Shown one piece after another: positions 24,046 to 38,125 of a stretch of 64,000 nt of DNA. A program made the position numbers and the translations under genes. A model generated the notes under the pieces. That model was not told where the DNA came from and made no database searches. It saw only the letters and a list, made by a program, of their open reading frames with translations. The stretch's first letter is position 1; the number at the start of each line of letters is the position of its first letter. Origin of the DNA: Takakia lepidozioides (Eukaryota > Plantae > Bryophyta); the NCBI GenBank assembly GCA_030704615.1, contig CM060733.1:31310001-31374000 (forward strand), written 5' to 3'.

Positions 24046-27000
24046 ATGAGTGATGAAAGAGAAGCTAGACGACAAAGATATTCATCAAAAAGAGAAAGCT
24101 ATCTGAAAGCTAATTATCCATATCTTTGGGAGAGAGGAATAGACATAGGGGAATCATCTGGACCTCTCACACCATCAAGATCAAAAAGTGCATCACCTAT
24201 ACCGGAAGAACTAGAGTTGGATGCCACTCCTTCTGTTTCTTTGCAAGAAAGATTAAGGGAATTGGTACAGGAAGAAGATCAATCACGAGGTGAAAGATCT
24301 GAGGTACATCCTTGGATAAAAGACTTGACAGAAATCTTTGATAAGAGTTGGCATGGAACACCAAAAGCAGGAACTCCAGTTTCTGAAGCAGAAGATGAAG
24401 AAGGAGATGAGGATGTGGCAGAGCCAACGGAGAGTTCAGACTCTCCAACACCATTACAGTTGAGTTACATGAGTGAAGAAGAAACCCAAGGGCAGAACTT
24501 GGAGGATGAAAACAGAGAGAAGAAATTGGAAGAGGAAGAATATGAAGAAGTAGACCCAACAGCTGAGGTTGAGACTACAACCAGGACATCCCAACCCGTT
24601 GGACCTGGATCAAGTGGAGCACTTAGATCACAGGCCAACGAAGGTGTCGGCTCAGGGGGATCAGGCGGGCTGCCTGGATCTGGCTCTGGGGGACAGGGAG
24701 TGTGGGAAGTAGTGCAACTGAAGCTGGGAACACTGTGAATATCGTGGGGCCAGAAGCAGGGAGTGCTCAAGGGCCACCACTTGGTGGAAGATCCACCACA
24801 AAAACAACAGGTCCAGAAGGACCAGCACCAGCAAGGGTGCCAGCACCTGTCAGTGGGCAGAAGGTAGGGCCACAGATGGCGTTACAACCAACACGGGCAA
24901 AACCACCCTTTCCAATATATTCAGGAAAAGGGGATCCCGATGTACACATTAGCCAATTTGAGCACATGTGTATAGTGAACAATGAGAATGGCGATGATGC
25001 CAAGATGAGACTATTCCTTGTTCACTTATCAAGAAAGCAAGTGAATGGTATGCAAGATTCCCTGATAATCATTTCCTAACCTGGAATGGCTTGAATACAG
25101 CATTTCGAAATAGGTTCAGGACAAGTAAAACTGAGGATGAAATGTATGGAAGTTTACAACAGCTGAAGCAGAAGAAGCATGAAACTGTTGAAGAGTATAT
25201 GGAGAAGATGGAATTGATGATGAAAAAGCTGGCTGCAGTACCAGCACCCGGTTTACAGAAGACTTGGTTTGTGAGTGGACTAAGACCAGAGTTGCAGAAG
25301 AAAGTGGATATGTTACCCCATAATACAGTGGAGGAGGCATTTGAAACTGCAAACATAATTGAGCAATTGGGAATGCTCAGGAGAGAGAAAAAGGAAGATG
25401 AGGACTCTGAAGATGAGTCAGATGAAGAAGAAGAGCAAGAACTAAAAAGAAAGAGTAAGAGAAAGGAAAAGTTGAAGAGGGATAACTATGAGAAAAGATT
25501 GGAAGAAATCTTGAAGAAGTATGTCACAGAGGCTGCAACACATTGGAGGAAGGGTGTATGGTGTGCAAAGTGCCAGAATGAAGGCCATACCACTACAGAA
25601 TGCCACATGAAGGAGAAACACTGTACTATCTGTAAAATGGATAACCATTCTACTGAGAATTGTTACTACAACAGAAGGACAGTTGCAAGAGAACCTAGGC
25701 AAGTGAGGGTGCATCAGGTGCAGCCCCAGCCAAGAAGAAGCAATGATCAGGACCACTATGGTAGGTCTGGTGGTTATAACAATGGCATGGAAGGGAGAGG
25801 TAATTCAAGAGGGAATTACCAAGGAAATTCCAGAGGCAACTATCAGGGTAATCCAAGGGGGAATTACCAGCCCGGGAATCAGGATTATAGAAATAATCCA
25901 AGACCAGACCAAGGGCGAGGACCCAATGGTGAAGAGCTATGTTACTATTGTAATCAGCCAGGACATCGCAAGGCAGCCTGTTCATTCTGGATAAGACACC
26001 AGAATGAGATGAGAGCTCCTGTGAATGAGGGCCCAGTGGTGGCAGCTCACATGGTTAGGCCATGTGTTGTACCAGAAGTAAGTACAATGATAGTAACAAG
26101 AAGTAAAGCCAAACTAATACCTCCAGTAGAAGAGGAAGAAGATGAGACTGGAAGTGGCAATGATATGCCTGAAGATGAAGAGACTTGGAAAGATGAGAAG
26201 GAACTGCACAAGGAAGTGGCAGATACTATAAGGGAAATGCAAAAGAGTACGGATATTCCTGTGGCAGATTCCTCTGATTCGGATGGAGAAAAAGAGGGGA
26301 GTGAGGAAGAAAGGAAAAAAGAAGATGCAGACATGCAAAGTAATGAAGAGACTTTGGCTAAAGTAATATGTCAGACCAAAGCAGAAATTACCATTGGACA
26401 GCTATTAGCTGTGGCACCTTATTGTAGGCACAGGCTGTATCAGGCAATCAATCGAATTGCCCAAGAGACAGGAAACACAGACCTGAACAGCAAGGTGACC
26501 AGTTATAATGTGAAGCCGGAAGGGCGAGAACCAGTCATGGACTTTGATGATTCTATGCCAGTAATCCAATTGAGAATTGGAAGCACAGAACTAACTGATG
26601 TACTGATAGATGGTGGTTCTGGAGTAAATATCATGACAGACCAATTAAGGAAGAAGCTTGGTCTAAGTAACATGAAACCAGCCCCATTTACAGTAACAAT
26701 GGCAGATCAAAGAAGTGTACAGCCATTGGGATTAATAAGAGGAGTTAAGATACAGATACAGAAAATGATCTTTATGATCACAGTAACTGTATTAAAAATG
26801 GATGAAGTCATGGAGGCTTACTCCTTATTATTGGGACGTCCGTGGCTGAAACAGGCAAGGGTATTCCATGACTGGAATTCTCAGTTACTAACTGTGCATA
26901 ATGGGATGCACGAGATACAAATTACCACAAAGAAATCTAGTAGATTACCTACTACAAGAAGACCTCGAGGAGTCAGAGAGTATGATTGGAGAGGAGGACT

Positions 27001-30000
27001 GGATGAGGAGCAGGAAGCTACCCTATTTGCTGCACACCCAGAGTGGGAGCAGGTTGCAGAGATGCGGCTGGAAAGCCTAAGTTGTTTGAGAGGTATCTGC
27101 TGTGGTGTAGTGACAGCAACACCAACTGAAGAAGAAACCAGCATTTACCCATCACATTTCTATGAAGAAAGAGAAGGAGAAATAGAAATCCTAGAAGAAC
27201 CAGCCACTGTGAGCTTACAGGATGAAGTGGTGACTGGTTGGACAATCACAGCTGATGAGCAGGTGAGAGAAGTAAATGTGGGAACTCAGGAGGAACCGAG
27301 GATGGTGAAAGTAGGAGCTGATTTGGAGCCGGAATTCTTCGAAGAAGCAAAAGCTTGTTCATCAAATACAGAGATGTATTTGCTTGGAGCTATGAGGATC
27401 TAAAAGGGATACCACCTGAAGTCTGTCAGCATAAAATTGAACTGGAACCAGGGTCAGTACCAATCAAGCAGGCGAGGTATAGAATGAATCCCAACTACGC
27501 ACAGAAGGTTGGAGAAGAGATAAAGAAGTTGGCTGAGGCTAAGTTTATATACCCAATAGAGTATACAACTTGGTTGTCACCCATTGTTATAGTTCCCAAG
27601 AAGAATGGCAAACTAAGAGTATGTGTGAACTATAAGAAGCTGAATGCTTGTACGAAGAAAGATCCTTTCCCTTTGCCATTCACAGAAGCAGTATTAGACA
27701 CTGTGGCAGGCCATGAGATGTACTCATTCATGGATGGCTTCAGTGGTTATAATCAAGTGCAAGTGGCAGAAGAAGACCAAGGGAAAACAGCTTTCATCAC
27801 AGACTGGGGGGCTTATGCATACAAAGTCATGCCCTTTGGACTTTGTAATGCACCAGCGACCTTTCAGAGAGTGATAAGTGAATCTTTTCAGAGTATCTGG
27901 ATGATTTCATGCAGGTGTTTTTGGATGATTTCAGTGTGTACAGCTCTAAGAATGAGCACTTGCATAAATTGGAGTTATGCCTGGCCAGATGCAGGATGAG
28001 AGGTCTGGGCTTGAACCCAGAGAAGTGTACTTTCTGTGTGAACTCAGGGGTGCTTCTGGGACACATTGTGTGTAAGAAGGGACTCCTTGTGGATCCCAGG
28101 AAGACAGAGTCCATTAAAGCCTCTCCACCACCAGTGAATGTTAAGAGTTTAAGGAGATTCCTTGGGCAAACCAGTTATTACAGAAGATTTGTCAAAAGGT
28201 ATGCACAAATAGCAGCACCATTGAGCAAGCTTCTGAAGAAAGATGCAGTGTTTGCATGGACAGCTGAATGTCAACAGGCGTTTGAGGAACTTACACTGTC
28301 AGTAACAACTACACCTGTGCTGATTAACCCTCACTGGCATGTAGTATTTCATGTTCACTGCGATGCATCAGGAGAAGCGTTGGGAGCGGTGTTAGCCCAG
28401 AATGTTACAGGGAATATAGATTCACCTGTGTACTATGCTAGCCGGTTGATGAACAGTGCTGAGAGGAACTATAGCACAACGGAAAGAGAAGCATTGGCAA
28501 TGATCTATGCAGTGAAGAAATTCAGGCATTACCTATTGGGAAGAAAGTTTATGTTTTATGTGGATCACCAGGCTCTGATATATCTGGTGAACAAACCTTT
28601 GATAAGTGGAAGGATAGCGAGGTGGTTAATAATCTTGCATGAGTTTGAGTTCGAGGTTATTTACAAGCCTGGCCGTTTGCATCTTGTGGCAGATCATTTG
28701 TCACGACTAACAACAGGAGAGGCCGCCACAGGAGTGGACGATCAGTTACCTGATGCGAGTTTATTTGTAATGGAGGTGCAAGGAAGTGCAGATGAATGGT
28801 TAGATTGGCAGTGGCCAATCAGATACTACCTTGCTCATGGTCAGTGCCCACCTAGTTATGGTAAGGAGCAGAGGAAGAGAATCGCTATCAAAGCTTTACC
28901 TTATACTATGGTAGGAAGCAGAATGTATAAGTTAGGACCTGATGGGGTACTAAACGATGCTTGTACCACCATGAAGTAAATAAAGTCTTGGAGGAAGTTC
29001 ATAAAGGAGTGGCTGGAGGTCATTTGGAGAAGAGACTACCAGTAGAAAGATACTACTCGCAGGATACTGGTGGCCTACTTTGTTCAAGATGTACATGAGT
29101 ATTGTCAGAAGTGTGATGAATGTCAGAGGCTAGGACCTTGCAGAGATCTGGAAGAATGGCCTTGCATCTACAATGCCTACGGAACCATTTCAGAAATGGG
29201 GACTAGACTTTGTTGGACCAATTAATCCACCATCCAAGGAATACACAAAACAGGTACATAATTACAGCCACTGATTATACTACAAAGTGGGTGGAAGCTA
29301 AAGCTTTGAGGGACAACACAGCCAAGTCCACAGCAAGGTTCCTGTACGAGAAACATACTTACACGATTTGGATGTCCCTTAGAATTTATCAGTGATCAAG
29401 GAAGTCACTTCATGAATGAGACCATTGAGTTATTGACTAAAGAGTTTATGATTGTGCATAGAAAGAGTACAACATATTACCCACAGGGTAATGGACAGGC
29501 AGAGGCTACCAACAAATACTATGTACTATCTTGGCTAAGATAGTCAATGCAAACAGAACGGATTGGGATACAAAGCTGCTGACAGCTTTGTGGTCATACA
29601 GGACTTCATATAAAGTCACCACTAAGTATACACCATTCCAATTAGTTTATGGTATGGAAGCCTTACTTCCAGTAGAATTCTGTTACCTACCATGAGAACG
29701 GGAGTGGGGAAAAAAAAATGGAATTGCAAGACTCCATCAAGGTCAGGAGGAAACATGAATTATACCATGTGGAAGAAGTACGTGCTGATGCAGCTGATAA
29801 TATGACCAGAATTCAGATGAAGAGAAAGGAACAGTTTGATGAAGGCAAGTAAAGATTTTAAGACGGGGATTGGATTGGTTCTATGGTTGCAGAAGAAAGG
29901 AAAGATTCAAGCTTCTAAGCTTAAATCACCCGGAAAGGACCTTAGTCATACAAAAGATGTATGATAACAACACAGCCATGTTACAAACCATTAACAAAGA

Positions 30001-30082
30001 AATGCTGGGAAGAGTCAATGCAAATAAGTTGAAGGGGTACAGTGGTATCCATGACAAACCCCTGCACATGATTGCATGTTGA
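24046..30082 (+). pseudogene. gag-pol polyprotein with frameshifts
   Basis: Gag YSGKGDPDVHI; three CCHC knuckles (CAKCQNEGHTTTEC, CTICKMDNHSTENC, CYYCNQPGHRKAAC); protease LIDGGS; RT MPFGLCNAPATFQ and FLDD; RNase H HCDAS...YSTTERE; integrase [13 protein letters not shown]. Confidence 0.95.
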
Positions 30083-30179
30083 ACCGCAAGAGCAGTCACG
30101 GGCTGCACCAGTGTTACGAACGGAGTATGGAACACTTGTCGCTAGGCCCAGTATAAGACCGGGGTGGGCAAAACAAACG

Positions 30180-30500
30180 TGACACAGCCTATCACAGCCT
30201 ATCACCGCCCATACGGGGTGACACAAGCCTATCACAGCCTATCACAGCCCATCACGGCGGGACAAGCCTATCACAGCCATCACAGCCACACGGCGTGACA
30301 CACCTATCACAGCCCATCCGCGTGACACAGCCTATCACAGCCCATCACCGGCGTGCACAGCCTATCACAGCCCAGCACGGCGTGACACAGCCTATCACAA
30401 CCTTCCGACGTGACACAGCCTACACAACCTACCGCACAGAGTTATCACAGCCTAAAGCTTACCACAGTGACACAGCCTGTCACAGGCTCAACACAGCCTA
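30180..30500. repeat. CACAGCCTAT-type minisatellite downstream of integrase
   Basis: Repeated ACACAGCCTATCACAGCC units. Confidence 0.85.
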
Positions 30501-30969
30501 CAAAGTTACACGATCCATAGAATCAGTGACAAGTGGACACATAAAAACTTCAGGAAAATGGCTGAAGGAAGAAGAAACGGAAATTACTTTAAAAAATAGA
30601 CACGTGGAGGTCAGGGTGCGACACACAGCAGAGAATGAAGTGGCAAGGACAGGTGTCAAAAAGAAAGAGCAAAGAACGGCCGTCAAAAGGGATGAAGGGC
30701 GGCCATTAATGAATACGGAAAAGGGAAACAGAAACGAACGGCAAGTACAGAAAAAAACGAATTATGTCGCATGTGTGATCCTAGTGGACTATCCAACAGG
30801 GAAGTCCACTAAAGAAGATAAAAGTTAAAATCCAGTACAGGCGGATACAGCCAATAGAAAACCAGAGAAATGATCAAGAAAATGGAGGGAAATGAGCGCA
30901 AGAGGGGCGTCGTTCTGAGTAACGGGCGTCGTATCGACAGGACAGGCATATAAATGCTATAACTTGGAA

Positions 30970-33900
30970 ACTATGGAGGAACTAACAGACTATACGCTCG
31001 CAAATTACTTACGCAACTGGCAGAGACACGAAACGAAAGAGCAGAGCTTTCTCTGAACAATGCTTGCAAGCCCCGCAGGCTTACAAGAGATACCCATAGC
31101 TTTCTGCGGCAACCATACGTTATGCTTTGTGCACTACAGGCATTCCTGCAGTGTTACAGCCAAAGCAGTTCTGTGAGTTAAGATGAAGAGAGTGAGAATG
31201 GAGGAGGAAATCAGGGTGAAGAGCCACCACAATTCTGCAAAAAACAACGATGGCTACCCCACAGGCGTAAGATACTGAAGGAGCTGAGATTGGAGGATGC
31301 AAAGCATGGATTGGACACTACACCATAGACAGTACATGTTACAATTTTGCAGAACTTTGAGCAAAGACAGGAACAACAACGGTGAAGGGAGTTGAATTAA
31401 TGACTCCCCTATTACCTCCAGCAATTGTTTCGAGTGCCAGCAGGTCATGTGTATGTGGAGGAACACAGGGAAAGACTGCAAATAGGGGATTTATTCCAAG
31501 AAGGAGTTTCTTTAAAACTCAGGGTTATGCTGTACCAAAGTGTGTACCCAGGGGTTAAAAGACATGGCCAAGTATGAACGTTCTGATTGCCCTGAAACAG
31601 AACAACAATATTTGAGCAGATCCTTCACAGAGGAAATCCTCAAAGCTTGAAGGACTAAGAGGTACCATGGCGGACATAATGTACAACGCAATGGTAGAGG
31701 AGATGAAAAGATACATGGACTACCGCAAAATCTCTATCATAGTGTCTGGCCCAATCATTGCTCAATAATCCTTTGATTCTCGCCATACTTAATGCAAAGA
31801 AAGGAAAGGAAATGGGAGTGTTTGAGCCAGAAAGAAGCAACAACTGCAATGGAAGACAAGGCTCTTCACACAGTGAGGGTGGACTATCAGCACAACACGA
31901 GACTAAGAGGCAGAGAAGGGACAGACTGTAGTGGCAGATCACTGCTTTAACGGATTCCGCATTGAAATGTTCCAAGCTCATGGCCAGAAGGGGCACAGCA
32001 GCACAAAAGAATGTTATTACTGGAAGCAGGACCTTCAGAGAGGAGGAAGAAGTAGTTACTTCTGCATCACAACCAACACAGCCACTTGAACGACTTGTCA
32101 CAAGGTCACAAGGTATCCATGCAGCTCAACCCGAAATAATGATTGGGAAAGTGAAGGATAGATATTCCAACTACAGAACAGATAGTGCGGAAATAGAGAA
32201 AGGGGACCTTCTCATGAATATTCTGGTCTGGTCAAGCAACACGAAATCCCAGAGGGGCAACAGTTGCCCAAGAGAAATCCTGAGGTACATATAATGCACA
32301 CACCTTGTCGGAGGTACCACAGGCGGAAGGCCATGACATGGTAGCACCGGTCATAAATGAAGTAGTTCAGGAAGAAAATCCGGTGGGACAATGGTCTGAA
32401 TGGTTAGTGAGACATCATACTGTTGAAGATCGGGAGAACAGCAGCAAACTCACCCTGATGACCCTCAACAGGCAATGCTGATGAGTTCCATAGGCAGGAC
32501 ACTTAATTTGTTGGGGACTTATGTCAAAACCCATGTTACAATTACCCCCAATTGACAGCCTGAAAGAAGAAGAACTCAGGAAGGAGTTTGAGGCTCGACT
32601 TGCCACTGAGTGTGCAAACAAGGTCGATGAAGAGGTCACTCTCAAGATGAAGCAGGACTTGGCCAATACAGAATGGCTTTGCAATTGGCCAAGCAACAAT
32701 TGTTGAGGCAGGCCTCGCGCAAGACCAGTTGCACGAAGCACATAAGCAACAGCTATACCAAATGCGGGTGCAGCATGAAAGCAAGTTGCAAGAACTGAAT
32801 GCACTACATACGGAGTTGCAGACAGTGCAAACAGGATGGCGATTCAATGCGTACATTTACAACTATGCTTGACCAATCAACAAAAGAAATAAACAGTCAA
32901 GCGGAAAAATGTACGAAGGCAGAAGAAGAGAATGTGGCGACACTGAAGCTCATGTCGATATGGAGAATACAATCTGTCGCAATGAAGATACTTTCAGCAA
33001 TACAGGCAGATGGAAGCTGAGCAAGAGAAATACATCGTGGAGTTGCAACAAACCATCGTGGCCAATAGAAATGAAATCGCGGTCAGTAACAAGGCTTCGA
33101 AAGAAGCCAATAATCTACTTGCTGCCTATGCGCAATTGGTGAGCCAAGGCGAAGCGCATGAAGGCTTTACAACAGCAGTGGAATTGTAGAAGCTAAGAGA
33201 AGAGCAAACTCTCAGGGGAACCACAAGCAGCTTGGGGATAACAGCCTTATGCAGGTGGTTAGCACAGGGCCAGTAGAAGGCAAAGCCCCACGGGAAGCTC
33301 ACCCAAAGCGAGATGAATGAGCTAGACTGCAGGTGCAGAACATTGCCACAACTACTATAGACAATGTCTATAGTATGATAGCAGAGTTACAAGAGGATGT
33401 AGACGGACTCCAGACTCAAGTGAAGACCTCACTTCAAACATCGACCAAAAGGTCTATATCCCTCAGGAACAGCTAATGGCTTCTTATTTGAAGCCAGAAC
33501 TCTGGCTTTTCAGTCTTCACAGGAGGTGCAGGAGATGCCAATGGTAAGGAACCAGTACCACCACCACCACAACAGGTCAGTGTTGTACCAGTAGACTGAA
33601 CTGTGGTTACACAACCACACCACAGCACCACAGCCGGAGGTATGGGGCAATGCAGCTTTTAACCCATAAAACTCCAGCTGCCAGGGAGTAAGTAGGGCTA
33701 GGATTATTGCCCTTCACCAAATTCCCATCATGTTGGATTGGTGGAAAGAATTTAGTCCTCCGCCAGTCATTCGCACATTACTACCCAAATCATGCGTATT
33801 GGCTGCCAGTGGCAACCAGGACTAAAGTTCTTCCAAACATCGACATATTGAAGATCATCACTTTGCACAATACTGGCACGAGGCAGGTACCATTGTTGAG

Positions 33901-34557
33901 GGAATTGGTTGCTTTCCAGGTGTACATGGACTCATTTATACCAAGACCAAGGAGATAGCAAGTATTGTCATGGGGTGCGGGCTATACTACGCTGCTTGTT
34001 TTCGGATGATACGTTACCACATAGAGCAACAAAAGATGCAAGCACGCTTTCAAGTTTACTCCAGTGGAGATCATTGGGTAACCTCGGTGCCACCTCATAT
34101 GTACCTATATGACCCAAAAGTTATGATACAAAGGATTCTCAAATTCGTTCATGGTTTCAAGCAGCCTGCAACAATTGTCAACACAGAATTCGGACTTGAT
34201 GACTTTTATATAAGGGACCTATCGCATGGAAAACTTGCACGCTTGCAACAGTAATTGGTACCCCATCATCTGGACAGACAAGGAGCTCCGTGTCTACACC
34301 AATTTTGCGTTCACCGGTTACACCAGGTTTGTAAAATGCAAACTTCCAGACATGGTAGGACAGAATTGTATGCCCCAGATGATGCCACAAAAAGTTCGAA
34401 AATTTAAAACACTGGAGGCGATGAGGAGGATTCGATACAACTTGTTTCACAGAATTCTTTGACAGGGGACGCTCGCAATTCAGATGGAAGAGAAGAAGAA
34501 CAAATGGGGTTTCCCTATGCCGAAAGATTACTCGATAATCAGCCTCCAGAAGGCCTC
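30970..34557 (+). pseudogene. Degraded 3' accessory ORF of element B (homolog of 846-3707)
   Basis: Short peptide matches to the element A ORF and coiled-coil fragments at 32521-33142, with many frameshifts. Confidence 0.5.
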
Positions 34558-35057
34558 NNNNNNNNNNNNNNNNNNNNNNNNNNNNNNNNNNNNNNNNNNN
34601 NNNNNNNNNNNNNNNNNNNNNNNNNNNNNNNNNNNNNNNNNNNNNNNNNNNNNNNNNNNNNNNNNNNNNNNNNNNNNNNNNNNNNNNNNNNNNNNNNNNN
34701 NNNNNNNNNNNNNNNNNNNNNNNNNNNNNNNNNNNNNNNNNNNNNNNNNNNNNNNNNNNNNNNNNNNNNNNNNNNNNNNNNNNNNNNNNNNNNNNNNNNN
34801 NNNNNNNNNNNNNNNNNNNNNNNNNNNNNNNNNNNNNNNNNNNNNNNNNNNNNNNNNNNNNNNNNNNNNNNNNNNNNNNNNNNNNNNNNNNNNNNNNNNN
34901 NNNNNNNNNNNNNNNNNNNNNNNNNNNNNNNNNNNNNNNNNNNNNNNNNNNNNNNNNNNNNNNNNNNNNNNNNNNNNNNNNNNNNNNNNNNNNNNNNNNN
35001 NNNNNNNNNNNNNNNNNNNNNNNNNNNNNNNNNNNNNNNNNNNNNNNNNNNNNNNNN
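34558..35057. other. Assembly gap (500 N)
   Basis: A run of exactly 500 N; the round number suggests a scaffolding gap of unknown true size. Confidence 0.99.
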
Positions 35058-35436
35058 CGGCCTGAAAACCATATCCAATTTCTCATACAATGAATATTCC
35101 CAACAGAGAGGGGGGACCCTCTTCGGACCATCAAAGAAACATAGTCCCTGATCTTTGTTCACCAACGTCAAAATCTCGGGCTGGCCTAAAGCCTCGGGGG
35201 TTCTAATTGATGGGCAGTTCACACATAGCAGAGTAATGCTTTGTGAAGGGGTTTTTAAAGGATATCTGCAAAGCTTGAACTATGGTTTTTTCCAAGTAAG
35301 TCCACTACCGGAGTGAGCCATCACAAAGGTAGATCTGTTCCCTCTTGTTCCACCCAAACTAGGCGCAGGTCTATAGCCAAAAGGCTACGCCAAACACTGT
35401 GTTATGAGTATACTCTCTCTCTCTCTCTCTCTCAAC

Positions 35437-36631
35437 ACACTGTCCGGGGTTCTCTCACCAAAGAGACGCTCTCTTCAAATCTATCAAGGGAATTGTGCCT
35501 GTACCCCTGGTTACCAACTTTGAAAGTCTCGAGGCTGAGCCAAAAGCCCAGGCCCTCACACACAATGGGGCAAATCACACACAGCAGATTGATGCTTGTG
35601 TGAAGGGATTTCTAGAGGATATATGGAAAACCTGGATTAATTCTATATATGAAGGTAAGTCTTACTACCAACGTCAGCCCCTGACAGAGGTAGCCTGTTC
35701 TGTCCCTTTTGTTCCCGCTCAAACTGGGTGCAGGGTCAATGGCAATGGCCACAAGGCTACGGCAAACAACGTCTTATGAATACAATCTCTGAAAACACGC
35801 CATTCTGCCAAAACTGGACACAGGTTCTGTGGCCTCAAGGCTGAGGCAAACAACATCTAATGAGATGAGTGCATTTTTCTCTCTCTAAGGTAGGTCCCCT
35901 TCACGGAATGTGCCTTCCATGATTGTAGCAGCCCCCTGCTCCTCTTCCGCCACACTGTATATGTGAGTTCAGATATACACGTGGTTACCCTAGTAAGAAA
36001 CTTTCAGCACAATCGTACATCTGTCTAGCCCATCTGCAACAGAGTCTATACTCCATAGCCAGAAGGTTTCTCAGGCTTATTGCCTTGTCATCTCTCTTGA
36101 TCCACCAGTTGAGAAGAGAAAAGGATTGACTGCACATCTGGTCTGCTCTGAGTTACAATCAATGACACGGGCAGAGTTCAGATGATGCCTTACTTACGTA
36201 GAATACACATGCAGAGCTCCTGACAAAACAGCACACACAAACTCCAGCTGCATCCCCACCAGAGACATAACTGAGACATTTCAGGGTTGTGACTGTTTGA
36301 AAGACGGTACAACAGAACATCTCTTTCCTATTCTTCATGATCTCTGGAACCAGGGTGGTGATCTTCTTTTCACAGAATGTTAGCACCAACACACTGACCA
36401 GAACATATATACTTATAAAGCAAGGAGGAGCTCCGTCTCTACAACACGTAGACGTTCATTGAAAGGGCAAACAACCAGTTGACCATCCAAATGATTTTTG
36501 TTTACTTTGAAACTTTGAGGGCTTTTGGCTCAGCCTCGAGACTTTCAAAGTTGGTAAACAGGGGTACAGGCACAATTCCCTTGATAGATTTTAAGAGAGC
36601 GTCTCTTTGGTAAGAGAACCCCGGACAGTGT
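35437..36631. repeat. 113-bp inverted repeat arms (35437-35549 / 36519-36631) around a ~970-bp spacer; possible non-autonomous TIR element
   Basis: ACACTGTCCGGGGTTCTC...CAAAAGCCC matches the reverse complement of GGGCTTTTG...GAGAACCCCGGACAGTGT with few mismatches. There is no clean TSD. Confidence 0.85.
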
Positions 36632-37954
36632 AATTCTCGAAGGCACTAACTCCCAGCCCCCGCCGCAACTGTGGATGGGCTATCAGGTCCTCCAACAAAA
36701 TGTGCTGGAGATGGAACTGCCCATAATCAAGGAGATGCGATCCACCGCGGAGCTCCGAGAGGCTAAAGGCCTCCGAAATCCATGAACTCAGGTACTGTTT
36801 GAAAGCTTTTCCCCACGTACCACAATTATTTCCCTGCTACTAGACTAGATGGGAAAGATGGGCAGCTATACCCACTCACCCAGCTTCCTAAGGGCACGAA
36901 CGTCGACCCTGAATCGAACGTCGACCCTGAATCGGGCCTGTTTGCAACACCACATCACATAATCATACGATTTCACAAGGATACAGACGTGCCCAAAGAG
37001 CAGGCTCTATACATTGCAAAGAAAAGGTTCGCAGATATGAACATCCCCTTGGGGAATGTTCTGTACTCCCCAATCATGGCATACATCGAGCATGCAAGCA
37101 AATTATGGTTAGGATTACTCAAAGTCGAGCTGCTGAACCCGGGATTGCGCTTGAATGATGTTATCTTTGCCGAAGGCATCCCTGAGAGCAGCTTCTGTAA
37201 CCTCATGGGAGTGTAACGGGTCCAAGCTTTTTACAACAAGCGTAAGTGCATCCCTCTCTGCCACTATCTCCTGGGGGTGGCGGCAAGACCCGTCGTGCTG
37301 CCTCGGCGGGTATGCAGCTGTGGCCTGATGAGGGTGTGGTCGATGCGGACTCCCATTTCCAGCATGCATTTTTTTGTATCCACGGAAGCTAAGTAGATAA
37401 AACAGAATTTTTTGTCAGGGCCTGGCTTGTACATGTGATTTTGAACTCGTCACCGTGGTAGTACGTTTCCATGATGAAGTGCATTGTGAGCTTGTAACTG
37501 ATGGTGCCCAGCAGTGTCTTACTGTTCAAGTAAAGAGAGAAGTTCAAGTGCTCCACTAACTATGGACATCGACACTGTTCAGGTTGGTTCATTTAACCTG
37601 GATTATCTTTTCTTCTTGGCAGCAACAACAAAATTGTGGCATGATGCTGAGGAGACAGAAATGTTGTGGTGTACTATATTGGTCGGTCTTCTAAATGAAT
37701 CACCCTCGTTGAAATCTCTAAAATGACTATCACCTTTTGTTGGTCATTTCCAAAAGCTGGCGGCAATGCCCTCCTTTGGTCTATTTCTTGGGTGAGTACT
37801 CACATCAAATTCATACCATGGTGAAGAGCTTTATTGAGAAAAACTGGAAGACCAGAATGATTTTGTTTTGAAACCTGAGTCCTAGAGCAAGCCTTCTATG
37901 ATGGTGGTACAGCCATTGTGCCTTGCCTCATGTGCTCTGTCCATCTCTAGATTA

Positions 37955-38125
37955 CCTGAAGTGTGAATATTGTCTTCAGGTTGCCCACACAACAGGCATT
38001 TGCAATCCCCTTCCTCTCTGCATATGTTTGCTGTTCAAGGTAGGCTTCCTGCCCAGAGTTTAAATTTCAGTCTAATGCCCAGAGTGGGTAGACCCTTGAG
38101 GTCATCCATGATGGCCTCACTCATA
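37955..38125 (-). mobile_element. LINE 3' fragment, inverted relative to the copy at 39.7-39.9 kb
   Basis: Reverse-complement homologous to ~39730-39903. Confidence 0.75.

Larger units (their letters stand above)
22418..34557 (+). mobile_element. Ty3/gypsy Tat/Ogre-like retrotransposon, element B (5' LTR, PBS, 5' ORF, gag-pol, 3' ORF), cut by the gap
   Basis: TGT...ACA LTR, PBS TGGCGACCATACTGGGGA, and the PR-RT-RH-INT domain order. Confidence 0.9.

Noticed and set aside
24700-29900. Programmed ribosomal frameshifts in gag-pol
   Set aside because: The shifts are numerous and fall inside conserved domains, and the copy at 4685-5268 lacks the one at ~27355. Decay or long-read indel errors are more likely.
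34178-35222. Long ORFs spanning the N run
   Set aside because: They are artefacts of translating N bases.
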